From the NCBI GenBank assembly GCA_035457345.1, contig DATIBT010000033.1:2390-66389 (forward strand): a DNA stretch of 64,000 nucleotides, written 5' to 3'. Made by a program: the position numbers and the translations under genes. The DNA is from Candidatus Saccharimonadales bacterium (GTDB taxonomy: Bacteria; Patescibacteriota; Saccharimonadia; Saccharimonadales; EFPC-124). The notes beneath the pieces were generated by a model, which saw only the letters and a program-made list of their open reading frames with translations, was not told the origin of the DNA and did no database searches. Of the stretch, positions 19,772 to 28,748 are shown piece after piece (position 1 is the first letter of the stretch; every line of letters begins with the position of its first letter).

Positions 19772-20160
19772 TGTTTTTAACCCTACGCACCGATAACCCG
19801 GACGCCGAAATCGGCGTGTTTGATACAGAAGGCAACCAACTCGACTATTACAAATGGCACGCCGACCGCAACCTGGCAAAGGAGTTACTAAGCACTATAC
19901 GCGACCGTTTGGCAACCCAAAAAGCCGATTGGTCGGCCATTACTGGACTGGTGGTATACCAAGGGCCCGGTTCGTTTACGGGCTTGCGTATTGGTGTAAC
20001 TGTGGTAAATGCCATCGCCTATGGCCAACAGGTGCCTATTGTTGCCGAACAGGGTGAGGAATGGATAAGTAAGGGGCTTAAGCGTCTCGCTAGTGGGGAC
20101 AATGACCGCTTGGCCTTGCCTCATTACGGCGCCGAAGCCAATATTACACTGGCCAAGTAG
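19771..20160 (+). CDS. tsaB: TsaB-like protein, short form (N-terminal domain only, 129 aa)
   Basis: YQGPGSFTGLRIGVTVVNAIAYG motif of TsaB/YeaZ; ATGA start/stop overlap with tsaE. Confidence 0.7.
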   Translation: MFLTLRTDNPDAEIGVFDTEGNQLDYYKWHADRNLAKELLSTIRDRLATQKADWSAITGLVVYQGPGSFTGLRIGVTVVNAIAYGQQVPIVAEQGEEWISKGLKRLASGDNDRLALPHYGAEANITLAK

Positions 20161-20533
20161 TGGTCGTGGCCGGTTCTTCTTGAATCTCGGAGATAGATGG
20201 CCAGCGGACAGTTAAGAACAGGCAATCAGTTATTGCTTCCCAGTTATGGTCGACACCGGGGCCCCACATAACGTAGTCACCTTGTTTGCTGAGGGTGATT
20301 ACTTTTTCGCGGAACAGGCAGTTGCAGCTACCAGAAATAAGAATGCCAATAGTGGTGCGAGTTTCGTTAGTTACCCACTCGCCACGCTTCCAGCCAGCTG
20401 GGTGATGACTCCATTTAATTTCGACATCTTTGGTTTTATGCAGGCCGGTCCAGTTGGGCAAAAAGTTGCCAACAATCCAACCGCGAGTGTCTTTGCCATC
20501 TTCAAAAGCATTGCCCTCATAAATATCCTGCAT
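20144..20533 (-). CDS. Cupin-like small protein (hypothetical)
   Basis: HH...E...G and G..PG..H..N patterns reminiscent of the two cupin motifs; weak. Confidence 0.3.
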   Translation of the reverse strand: MQDIYEGNAFEDGKDTRGWIVGNFLPNWTGLHKTKDVEIKWSHHPAGWKRGEWVTNETRTTIGILISGSCNCLFREKVITLSKQGDYVMWGPGVDHNWEAITDCLFLTVRWPSISEIQEEPATTTTWPV

Positions 20534-20620
20534 ACCCTACATATATCACAACGGTTATGGTTATGCCATTGTAGAATGTTGCTTCGTGGGGACACCAGAT
20601 AGACTGGTGCCCCCACGTTG

Positions 20621-22558
20621 TCACGCAGCCGCCGGGGCGGCGAAGAGCGCTTGCAGCCCTTCTGCATCGAGCGATTCGACTTCGAGCAGCTTGGTGCGCA
20701 GCAGCTCAAGTTTTTCGCGATGCCCGGTAAGTAGGGTGATCGCTGTCTGTTCAGCCTCCTTTACGAGCTTGTCAATCTCGGCAGTGACGTCGGCCAGGCG
20801 CGGGTCATGGCCTGAAGTTCCGAGTGGCACTTGGGCAGTGTACTTCTCGCCCATGCCCACTTTCGTCACCATGTAGGTGGCGAGTTGGGTTGCGACTTCG
20901 AGGTCAGACTCGGGGCCTGTGGTGAAGTCGTCGCCAAAGATCACCCGCTCGGCGGCCCGTCCGCCCATGTAGTAGGCGAGCCGGGCTTTGAGCTGTTTGA
21001 CTGTTAGGTACAGCCAGTCGCCGGTGTCCATGCGGGTATGGCCGCCGGATCCGCCTCTGGGCACAATGGTTACCCGGTGGGGCGGGTCGCCATGCTCTAG
21101 CAGCATCGCTACCAGTGCGTGGCCGCTTTCGTGGTATGCCGTGTAGTTGCGGTCACGCTCGGCTACTTCCCGGTTGCGTGCCAGGCCCACTTCGATGATC
21201 TCCAGGGCATCCCTGAAGTCCTTCATGGTGACACTTGGCGCGTCCCGCTTGATAGCAAGCAGACCTGCCTGGTTGCATAGAGCAGCCAGCTTTGCGCCGG
21301 TCATGCCGCTGGTGAGTCGCGCCAGCTCGGCATACGACACGTCGTCGTCCACTTGGGCGAGCTTAGCGGCATGGAGCCGCAGGATCAGCTCGCGTGCCTT
21401 AGGATCGGGTGCAGGCATGCTGGCATGCCGTGTGAAGCGACCCGGACGCATGATGCCAGGGTCGAGATCGTCAGGCCGGTTAGTCGCACCGAGCACTAGG
21501 ATTGTCGCGTCCGTGTCCTCTGTGAAACCGTCCATCTGCGCCAGCAGCTCGTTGAGCGTGTTGTTGAGCTCCTTGCTGCCGGAGTCGTCGTTGCTACTCC
21601 GCTTGCTGGCGATTGAGTCAATCTCGTCGATGAACAGAATACCCCGTCCGTGACGGCGAATTTGTGCGAACGCCTCCTTGACGGCGCGCGGGCCGTCGTT
21701 CAGCCAGCGGCCCATGAAGTCGGAACCCTTCATAGAGAAGAACGGCACACCGGCTTCACCAGCAATAGCTCGTGCCAACAGCGTCTTGCCCGTACCGGGA
21801 TCTCCCAGAAGGAGAATGCCGGTGAGGGGCTTGACCCCGCGCGCTTTGTACTTCTCGGGGTACTTGAGTGCGTCGACGCTTTGGGCGATTTCGGCAATGA
21901 CCTCGTCGGCACCGCCAACATCCTTGAAGCGCACGTTGGGTATGGCGGCGGGCGCTACCACCACGCCAGATGACTTCAGGCTATTTCCTATGCTCATACT
22001 CCTTAATGTGGTGCGATTGAGCCATATCAGGAGTAGGAGGAACAGGAATAGGAATAGGAATCCAAAGAACCACTGGTATTTTTCGGCAAAGCCCTTGCCT
22101 GCCACGGTCAGTGGGACACGTGGATTGGCCTTTTCGGCCGCCTCGACAAGATTCGGGCCGTAGCCTGTGGGGTAGGCCACCAGATAACCCTCACCATCCT
22201 TTAGCGTGACGGTCATCTGGTTGTGGTCGTTTTGGAGCTCTAGCTCCTGCACCTTCTGCTGCTTCAGGTCGGCATAGAACTGGCTGATCGGTTTGGTGTC
22301 TGGCTTGTGCTTCTCCGGCGAGGCAAGTAATGGCCACATGAGGAAGAAGACCATCAACGCCAACACTGGCCATACCGGTTTCAAGTGCACTGCGACCGGC
22401 TTGGCCTTCTCGCGCCACCAGCGCTTAAACTGTAGAACGTTCACCACTCTCCTAGTTTTTCTAGGTTTTGCGGACTTGTTGATTTTAAAATGAACTCGTA
22501 CATTAGTAAATGGCGCATTCCAGTAGTGTTTGACGTATGCCAAAAATACAGCGTACAA
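20621..22558 (-). CDS. ftsH: ATP-dependent zinc metalloprotease FtsH
   Basis: Two TM helices; AAA Walker A GDPGTGKTLLARAIAGEAGVPFF; SRH TNRPDDLDPGIMRPGRF; zinc site HESGHALV. The N-terminal extension before TM1 is unusual, so the true start may be internal. Confidence 0.93.
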   Translation of the reverse strand: MYAVFLAYVKHYWNAPFTNVRVHFKINKSAKPRKTRRVVNVLQFKRWWREKAKPVAVHLKPVWPVLALMVFFLMWPLLASPEKHKPDTKPISQFYADLKQQKVQELELQNDHNQMTVTLKDGEGYLVAYPTGYGPNLVEAAEKANPRVPLTVAGKGFAEKYQWFFGFLFLFLFLLLLIWLNRTTLRSMSIGNSLKSSGVVVAPAAIPNVRFKDVGGADEVIAEIAQSVDALKYPEKYKARGVKPLTGILLLGDPGTGKTLLARAIAGEAGVPFFSMKGSDFMGRWLNDGPRAVKEAFAQIRRHGRGILFIDEIDSIASKRSSNDDSGSKELNNTLNELLAQMDGFTEDTDATILVLGATNRPDDLDPGIMRPGRFTRHASMPAPDPKARELILRLHAAKLAQVDDDVSYAELARLTSGMTGAKLAALCNQAGLLAIKRDAPSVTMKDFRDALEIIEVGLARNREVAERDRNYTAYHESGHALVAMLLEHGDPPHRVTIVPRGGSGGHTRMDTGDWLYLTVKQLKARLAYYMGGRAAERVIFGDDFTTGPESDLEVATQLATYMVTKVGMGEKYTAQVPLGTSGHDPRLADVTAEIDKLVKEAEQTAITLLTGHREKLELLRTKLLEVESLDAEGLQALFAAPAAA

Positions 22559-22559
22559 T
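22529..22559 (+). promoter_or_regulatory. Candidate sigma70-like promoter for rny (TTGACG-19 nt-TACAAT) within the divergent ftsH/rny region
   Basis: Hexamers read in the sequence about 150 nt upstream of the rny ATG; the spacer is slightly long. Confidence 0.25.
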
Positions 22560-22708
22560 AAAGTCAGGTTTTCAGTATGTTAACCAACTGACTGTTTTCA
22601 ATATAACTTTTATGTATTCAGGAAATCAGATACCGCTTGCGTAACACATAGAGTGAGCATTGCTATTCGCTATATTTGCGAGCGGTAGCTGCCAGAAGGA
22701 AGGAAAAT

Positions 22709-24226
22709 ATGGAGCTAGGAGTTATCTTAGCAGCATTACTCGGCGCCGGGGCTGGCGCGGGTGGTGTCTTTGTCGTAAATCAGCGACAGGGCGCGGCCGG
22801 GGCAGCCAAAGCGGCGCAGCTTATTGCTGACGCAAAAAGTAAGGCCAAGACCATTGAGCTTGAGGCAAAAGACAAAGCCCTCAAAATAACTGACGAGGCC
22901 ACTAAAGAAGGCCAGAAGCGTCGTAACGATTTGACTGCCATTGAAAAACGATTGGCCGAACGCGAAGAAAATATAGACAAAAAACTTGAGGACTTGGACA
23001 AGCGCAGCGACAAGCTCCGCCGCGAAGAAGGCGAAGTAGACGCACTCAAGAATGATATTCGGCAGATTCGCGAACAGCAGATGGCGAAGCTCGAAAAAGT
23101 TGCTGGGCTGACCAAAAAGGAAGCTGGCGAAAAGCTCATGCAGATGACTGAGCGCGACGTAAGTAAAGATCTCCTTGGTCTGGTCAACAAGCTGCAAAAT
23201 GACGCCATGCAAGATGCCGAAGAACGTGCCCAAACCATTCTGGTGAGCGCCATGGAGCGCATGGCATCAGAGGTGACTTCAGAAAAGACTGTTACTGCCG
23301 TAAAGCTGACCGACGACGAAATGAAAGGCCGTATCATTGGCAAAGAAGGCCGCAACATTCAAGCCATTCAGCGGGAAACTGGTGTGGATATTTTGGTAGA
23401 CGACACGCCTGGCATGGTGGTGCTTAGCAGCTTTGACCCGATCCGTCGCCAAGTTGCCCGGGCTGCACTTGAGATGCTCATGAAAGACGGCCGCATTCAC
23501 CCTGCTCGCATTGAAGAGGTGGTCGCTAAAGCCCAGAAGGCTATCGACAAAGAAATTGACCAAGCGGGCGAAGATGCAATCCGCGAAGTTGGCGTTGTTG
23601 GTTTGGTGCCAAAAGAAATGCAGCGCCTGCTTGGTGAACTGAAATTCCGCACAAGCTATGGTCAGAACGTACTGAAGCATTCAACAGAGATGGCGCACAT
23701 TGCTGGGCTCATTGCCGAAGAGATTGGCGCAGATGTCCGTACGGTAAAGGTCGCCGCGCTACTACACGACACTGGCAAGGCCCTTACGCATAAAATCGAA
23801 GGCAAGCACCACCACATTAGCGCTGAAATGGCCCGCAAGTACGGCATGCCTGACCCAATTGTGCACGCTATTGAGGCCCATCATGACGACATAGAGGCAA
23901 CGACGCCAGAGGCATTGGTAGTGAGGGTTGTTGACGCGCTTAGCGCTGCCCGCCCAGGCGCCCGCAACATTAGCGCGGAAAACTTTGTGGAGCGCATGCG
24001 CGAATTAGAAAACGTTGCCCTTGGTTTTGATGGCATAGACAAAGCCTATGCCATAAGTGCCGGCCGCGAAGTCCGCGTGATTGTGAAGCCGCAGCAAGTT
24101 GACGACCTCAGTGCCATTAAACTTGCCCGCGACATTGCCACCAAAATTGAAAGCACTATGCAATACCCCGGCACCATTAAGGTGAATGTGATCCGCGAGA
24201 CCCGCGCGACCGAATACGCCAAATAA
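22709..24226 (+). CDS. rny: Ribonuclease Y
   Basis: N-terminal TM, long coiled-coil, KH domain (GRIIGKEGRNIQAIQRETGV) and HD domain (LLHDTGKALTH); strong RBS AGGAAGGA 7 nt upstream of ATG 22709. Confidence 0.92.
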   Translation: MELGVILAALLGAGAGAGGVFVVNQRQGAAGAAKAAQLIADAKSKAKTIELEAKDKALKITDEATKEGQKRRNDLTAIEKRLAEREENIDKKLEDLDKRSDKLRREEGEVDALKNDIRQIREQQMAKLEKVAGLTKKEAGEKLMQMTERDVSKDLLGLVNKLQNDAMQDAEERAQTILVSAMERMASEVTSEKTVTAVKLTDDEMKGRIIGKEGRNIQAIQRETGVDILVDDTPGMVVLSSFDPIRRQVARAALEMLMKDGRIHPARIEEVVAKAQKAIDKEIDQAGEDAIREVGVVGLVPKEMQRLLGELKFRTSYGQNVLKHSTEMAHIAGLIAEEIGADVRTVKVAALLHDTGKALTHKIEGKHHHISAEMARKYGMPDPIVHAIEAHHDDIEATTPEALVVRVVDALSAARPGARNISAENFVERMRELENVALGFDGIDKAYAISAGREVRVIVKPQQVDDLSAIKLARDIATKIESTMQYPGTIKVNVIRETRATEYAK

Positions 24227-24227
24227 C

Positions 24228-24761
24228 ATGAAAACCATCTATTACGTCCGCCACGGTGAATCAGAAGGCAACGCGGCGGGCGTTTTAGTTGACGCTAGCC
24301 TAGATGCGCCGTTGACTACGCGGGGCGAACGGCAGGCGCGGCAAGCAACAGTATTGCTGGAAGGCAAGCAAATTGATGCCATTATTGCCTCCCCAATGCG
24401 CCGGGCGCTTCAAACCGCCCGAATTATTGCCGACGGGTTGGGGTACAAAAAGGAAGTTGTCGCCGATGCACTATTTACCGAACGCGACTTAGGGAGCGCC
24501 ACAGGCCTGCCGCGAGAAGAAGGCTTGGCGCTGGTTAGAAGCGGTAAAGCGGTCGGCTTCGAAACCGAAGAACAACTCTACGACCGGGCAATGAAGGCCA
24601 TCGAAAAGCTACGTGTCCTACCCGAAGATCATATTCTCGTTGTTGGCCATAATGGTATGGGTAAAATGATGCGCCTTGCCATTGAAGGTAAGCCTGCTAG
24701 CGAATTTACCGTTGGTGAACGCCTCGAACATGCTAAAGTCTACGAGTTTATTCTGGGGTAG
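24228..24761 (+). CDS. Histidine phosphatase family protein (phosphoglycerate-mutase-like)
   Basis: RHG catalytic motif at N-terminus (IYYVRHGESEGN); 177 aa. Confidence 0.8.
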   Translation: MKTIYYVRHGESEGNAAGVLVDASLDAPLTTRGERQARQATVLLEGKQIDAIIASPMRRALQTARIIADGLGYKKEVVADALFTERDLGSATGLPREEGLALVRSGKAVGFETEEQLYDRAMKAIEKLRVLPEDHILVVGHNGMGKMMRLAIEGKPASEFTVGERLEHAKVYEFILG

Positions 24762-24799
24762 TCATAAGCATAAACCGCTGCATACCCTGCGTAGAAATT

Positions 24800-25237
24800 T
24801 TGTTAACTCGCTATATATTTGGCATAATAATGAATATGGCAGAGCTAAGCTTCGACGACGTACGCCGAGCAGCCCAGACAGCTGCAACTAGCTTACAAAC
24901 TGCCCTGAACGATATCCGGACAAATATTCAGAACACCCGCGGTGACATTAGCCGGCTCAATCCCAACAACGACTTCCAATATCGATTCAACAACTTAGAA
25001 CGACAAATAAACGATTTAAACCAGTATACCCAGCGGCTTATGTTGGCGTTGCAGAATTTACAGGCAGTCAGTTCGACCGCCCAGCAAAATCAGCAACTGG
25101 TGCTGCGAGTAGAACAGCGACTGGTCAACACGGAGCATATGATTGGCGAACTTACCCGTTATGTAGAGGTCATGCACGCTCAAATGGTGCAATTAAGTGA
25201 AACGGCAACGCGATTATACAGCCGGGCAGAGCCTTGA
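24800..25237 (+). CDS. Hypothetical coiled-coil protein
   Basis: Gln/Leu-rich heptad-like sequence; no family recognised; ATGA overlap with the downstream ymdB start. Confidence 0.3.
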   Translation: MLTRYIFGIIMNMAELSFDDVRRAAQTAATSLQTALNDIRTNIQNTRGDISRLNPNNDFQYRFNNLERQINDLNQYTQRLMLALQNLQAVSSTAQQNQQLVLRVEQRLVNTEHMIGELTRYVEVMHAQMVQLSETATRLYSRAEP

Positions 25238-26043
25238 TGCTAAAGGTGCTTTATTTAGGCGACATTATGGGCCGCCCTGGCCGCGACGTGGTCAGGTACA
25301 TATTGCCCAAACTTCGTGAAACCTATACACCCGATCTAGTCATTGCTCAGTCCGAAAACGTCAGTCATGGCAAAGGTATCAGTCCGGGTCATGTGCACGA
25401 ACTGCAAAAGCTTGGGATAGATGTGTTTACTGGCGGCAATCATACTATTGAACGCCCGGCCGTGAAGCCGCTTTTGGCCGACGCGGCGGTGCCCGTACTC
25501 GCACCCATAAATCAAGAAGGGGTAGAGCTGGCATGGGGCGCAAAGCGCGTCGCCACAGCCAAGGGCGATGTGCTAGTGGTGAGCTTGCTTGGGAGTGTTT
25601 TTCCAACCCCGTTTCCCATGAGGAATCCGCTACTGGTAATCGATGACCTGCTTGCGAGCGATAAAAGTAAGGGTGTGGTGGGAACAATTGTTAATTTCCA
25701 TGCTGATCTATCGAGCGAAAAGCGTGTGATTGGCTATTATTTAGATGGCCGGGTGAGTGCGGTGATTGGCGACCACTGGCACGTGCCATCGGCTGACGCC
25801 ATGGTGCTGCCAAAGGGTACGGCGCACATAACCGATGCGGGCATGTGTGGCACGCTTCACAGCAGCCTGGGGGTGACAAAAGAAATCATTGTGGCCCGCT
25901 GGCGCGACGGGGCGAAGCTCAAGAATGATATTGCCGAGGGCGGGCCGTGGCAGGCGAACGGGGTGGTGGTGACGATTGATACAAAAACCGGATTCGCAAA
26001 AAAGATAGTGCAGGTGAATGAGGTGATTGAAAAGTTACAGTAG
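25234..26043 (+). CDS. ymdB: YmdB-family metallophosphoesterase (2',3'-cyclic-nucleotide phosphodiesterase, TIGR00282-like)
   Basis: N-terminal KVLYLGDIMGRPGR and GNH motifs of the YmdB family; lies downstream of rny, as in the Bacillus rny-ymdB arrangement. Confidence 0.8.
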   Translation: MMLKVLYLGDIMGRPGRDVVRYILPKLRETYTPDLVIAQSENVSHGKGISPGHVHELQKLGIDVFTGGNHTIERPAVKPLLADAAVPVLAPINQEGVELAWGAKRVATAKGDVLVVSLLGSVFPTPFPMRNPLLVIDDLLASDKSKGVVGTIVNFHADLSSEKRVIGYYLDGRVSAVIGDHWHVPSADAMVLPKGTAHITDAGMCGTLHSSLGVTKEIIVARWRDGAKLKNDIAEGGPWQANGVVVTIDTKTGFAKKIVQVNEVIEKLQ

Positions 26044-26181
26044 TTAGGATATAATTCAAGCTGTTCGTTTGGCGGTTTTACCAAAGGCCGATATGGGCAT
26101 ACTATCGTTTTCCCCTCGTTCGCGATAAATCGCTCCACTCGGGCGTGAAGTAGGAAAACGTTAATTGCCACCGGCAATTAA

Positions 26182-26259
26182 CGGGGCGTGGCGCAGTCCG
26201 GTTAGCGCGCGCGGTTTGGGACCGCGAGGTCGAAGGTTCGAATCCTTTCGCCCCGACCA
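26182..26259 (+). tRNA. tRNA-Pro (anticodon TGG)
   Basis: Cloverleaf folded by eye: acceptor CGGGGCG/CGCCCCG with C1-G72 (a tRNA-Pro signature), D arm GCGC-AGTCCGGTTA-GCGC, anticodon loop TTTGGGA, T arm, discriminator A, encoded CCA. Confidence 0.88.
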
Positions 26260-26260
26260 A

Positions 26261-26295
26261 GAAAAATGTCCGACCTTTGTGGTCGGACATTTTTC
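26261..26295. terminator. Perfect 15-bp hairpin (gaaaaatgtccgacc-tttgt-ggtcggacatttttc) flanked by A and T runs; bidirectional intrinsic terminator
   Basis: Inverted repeat read in the sequence immediately after the tRNA-Pro CCA end. Confidence 0.6.
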
Positions 26296-26346
26296 TTGGT
26301 GGAGAGTGATTCGCCCGGCCTCCTCTCATTTGCTATCATTAGAGTA

Positions 26347-26808
26347 ATGCCTACGCGTTCTGCTGGTTTTGCATTGATCGAACTGGGGGTCGTCCTGGTG
26401 ATTATTGGCTCACTGTTATTTATTGTGGTGACGCAGACGGTTCAATCTCACTCGCAGTCGGGTAATATCCAGCGGCGCGCCGACGTGAACAGTATTTTGA
26501 ACGCTGTATTGGCGTACGCAAAAGATAATGGTGGCAAGCTCCCGGAAGGCGTGGCACAGCAGCCAAAACTTATTGCTTCAACAAATGCCGAGAGTGCCGT
26601 GAACTTATGCCATGCCTTGGTGCCCAAGTATTTAACCACCATTCCTATTGATCCGAATAATGGGTTAGCCGTGCCGGTCGGCTCCAAATGCAACGAAAAG
26701 AATGCCCGCTATAGCAGCGGCTACATGGTCCAAGCAACTCCGGACAATAAGGTGCTTGTCAGTGCGCCTGGTGCCGACGGCACTGACGCTATTTTTGCCC
26801 AGAATTAA
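26347..26808 (+). CDS. Type IV pilin (paralog of the pilin at 43502)
   Basis: Prepilin leader MPTRSAGFALIELGVVLVIIGSLL. The C-terminal half (LCHALVPKYLTTIPIDPNNG) is alignable with the pilin at 43502 (LCTALVPTYIADIPLDPVTG). Start at the internal ATG 26347; the ORF frame begins 26266. Confidence 0.75.
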   Translation: MPTRSAGFALIELGVVLVIIGSLLFIVVTQTVQSHSQSGNIQRRADVNSILNAVLAYAKDNGGKLPEGVAQQPKLIASTNAESAVNLCHALVPKYLTTIPIDPNNGLAVPVGSKCNEKNARYSSGYMVQATPDNKVLVSAPGADGTDAIFAQN

Positions 26809-27968
26809 GCCGCTAGCACTATTCCTTTGTTGGCATCGACTGTTACTTTTTGACCTTCTTTTAGGATGGAGGTAGCATTTTTTGTACCTGTAACGCACGG
26901 CTTTTTGAGCTCGCGCGCGATTATGGCTGCATGGCTGAGTACGCCACCTAGGTCGGTGACAATGGCTGCGGCTTGTTGCATGAGCGGCAGGTAGTCAGGG
27001 GTGGTCATGTGGCAGACAAGCACGTCGTTCGCGTTCAAGCGCACCTTTGCAATGGCGTCGGCAGCTACAATACGCACCACGCCACTTGCCTGGCCTACGC
27101 TGCCTGCTCGCCCTTTTACAAGTGCTGCCTTGGTTGTTTTGACTGGTGGTTGCACCTCGTAAATGTCGGCCAGCAGACGATTGTAATCGATAAACCAAAT
27201 GCCATACTCTTCTGATTTTGAGGTTTCAAAATAGCCTTTGAGATAATCATGGGCGAACTCAGCCCCTAGCTCTTTTTTGAGTTTCTTTTGCTGCTCAGGA
27301 TTAGTTACTTTAATTTTTTCAACCACTTCAATCAGGTGGTCTTTAATGCCTGGCTGCAGGCCGTCGAACTTCCATGTTTTAAAATCGTAGGCAAATGTGG
27401 TTGGTGGCACATCTTCGTAGAACCCCTGAGTGAGGGAGTTGGGCTGACCTTTTTTGGCCTCGCCAAAGATACCCTTGTTGGTGACGGTAAAGATGGTGGC
27501 CCATTTGGCGTCGTCGTGGGGCACAAAGTCAACGTCGTAATCTTTGGGATTGACCTTTTGCTCGTCGAACCACTCAAGCGCCTTTTTAATGCTATAACCG
27601 CGCATGCGTAATTTGGGTACGGTTGGTTTGAGGGGGATAAGCCGGATGGCACATAATTCGTCGCCATGTTGCTCTACGAACATGCGCAGCGTTACGGTAC
27701 GCTTGGCAACTTCGGTGCCTTTAAAGCGCGACGGCTTACCAAACGGCAGGCCGATTATCTTTTGCAATGTGTCGAGCCGGTCATGTTTGCGGGCGTCTTC
27801 CTCGCGTAGCTCCTTGGCGCGCGGATCACCAATTGCCTCAAACCATTCTGTAAGTGAAATTTGTTTTTCGTAGAGTTTGGTCAGATAGGAATCCATAATC
27901 CTCCTTACAGGGTTGTTATTGGCCGCGCTTGCAAAATATACAGTTGGCCGGTTGTGCCATACGCCCAC
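26805..27968 (-). CDS. PEP-utilizing enzyme mobile (phosphohistidine) domain protein, C-terminal fragment of a PEP synthase/rifampin-phosphotransferase-like gene
   Basis: Phosphohistidine swivel-domain motif TDLGGVLSHAAIIARELKKPCVTG near the C-terminus; overlaps the upstream fragment by 64 nt in another frame. Confidence 0.55.
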   Translation of the reverse strand: MGVWHNRPTVYFASAANNNPVRRIMDSYLTKLYEKQISLTEWFEAIGDPRAKELREEDARKHDRLDTLQKIIGLPFGKPSRFKGTEVAKRTVTLRMFVEQHGDELCAIRLIPLKPTVPKLRMRGYSIKKALEWFDEQKVNPKDYDVDFVPHDDAKWATIFTVTNKGIFGEAKKGQPNSLTQGFYEDVPPTTFAYDFKTWKFDGLQPGIKDHLIEVVEKIKVTNPEQQKKLKKELGAEFAHDYLKGYFETSKSEEYGIWFIDYNRLLADIYEVQPPVKTTKAALVKGRAGSVGQASGVVRIVAADAIAKVRLNANDVLVCHMTTPDYLPLMQQAAAIVTDLGGVLSHAAIIARELKKPCVTGTKNATSILKEGQKVTVDANKGIVLAA

Positions 27969-28687
27969 TCAACGTCAACAGGGTAGCCATAGTGATCTTC
28001 TATGGCTGTCACCGTACGGGCAAGCTCTTTGAGCTGCCTGGGCTTGAGGCTTGGGTTGTTTTGTTTGTGCGGCGGAACTGCTGCTTCTATGGTAGCGCCT
28101 TGCTCGTAGGTAAGAAAGGTGAGTTTAGTGGCAATGTCTTGATCCAAGAGGTTCCCTTGTTTGGTGAGGAGGTAGTTGTCGGGGGTAGCAGTGCCCTGTA
28201 CAAGCAGCTCGCCTAATCCGTAAACCGACTCAATGACTAATTCGTTACGATTACCGGTAACAGGGTTGGCGCTGAATGCCACGCCGGCAATCTCACTATG
28301 GATCATTTGTTGCACGAGCACGGCAAGGTCAAAGCTCTCCCCAGAGGCGTAGGCTCTTGTCCTGGCGGATTGCGCGGAAGCTATGCAGGTTTGCACTGCC
28401 TGGCAAAGCTCGCTTTGTGTAACATGCAACAATGTCGCAAATTGTCCGGCCCACGATTTGTCTTTGCCGTCTTCGCCAATACCAGATGAGCGGACGGCAA
28501 CGTTTTCTAATTCGAGCTCTTCGTAGGCGGTGAGTAACTCTTCGTCAGAAATGGCGGAGCCCGCTAGCACGGCAAACCCCGTCGGCACTTGGTGGCCAGC
28601 GGCCATGAGCTCCCCTAGGCGTGCCGCCTTGCCACCCACAAGGGGTGTGTCGCTGGCCCGAATATCTGTAAGATACTTGATGCTCAT
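27905..28687 (-). CDS. PEP/pyruvate-binding (PPDK_N, ATP-grasp) domain protein, N-terminal fragment of the same PEP synthase-like gene
   Basis: N-terminus LVGGKAARLGELMAAGHQVPTGFAV, later VRSSGIGEDGKDKSWAGQFATLLHV, and YILQARP at the end = the ATP-grasp domain of PEP synthase / PPDK. Confidence 0.6.
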   Translation of the reverse strand: MSIKYLTDIRASDTPLVGGKAARLGELMAAGHQVPTGFAVLAGSAISDEELLTAYEELELENVAVRSSGIGEDGKDKSWAGQFATLLHVTQSELCQAVQTCIASAQSARTRAYASGESFDLAVLVQQMIHSEIAGVAFSANPVTGNRNELVIESVYGLGELLVQGTATPDNYLLTKQGNLLDQDIATKLTFLTYEQGATIEAAVPPHKQNNPSLKPRQLKELARTVTAIEDHYGYPVDVEWAYGTTGQLYILQARPITTL

Positions 28688-28748
28688 TGTCGGTTGCTGG
28701 AGTTACTTGTTGTGTTGTGGCTCAAATGCCGGATGCGGTGATGGGGGA

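Noticed and set aside
20586-22493. Many 60-170-aa ORFs antisense to or nested in ftsH, rny, pilB, pilC, recA, glyA and the Clp ATPase
   Set aside because: Embedded in strongly supported genes on the opposite strand or an alternative frame; Ser/Arg-rich low-complexity translations; no independent support.
26102-26329. ORFs overlapping the tRNA genes (26102-26329, 29275-29463, 51113-51394, 60749-61042)
   Set aside because: They run across or antisense to well-folded tRNAs and have no RBS or family signal; spurious.
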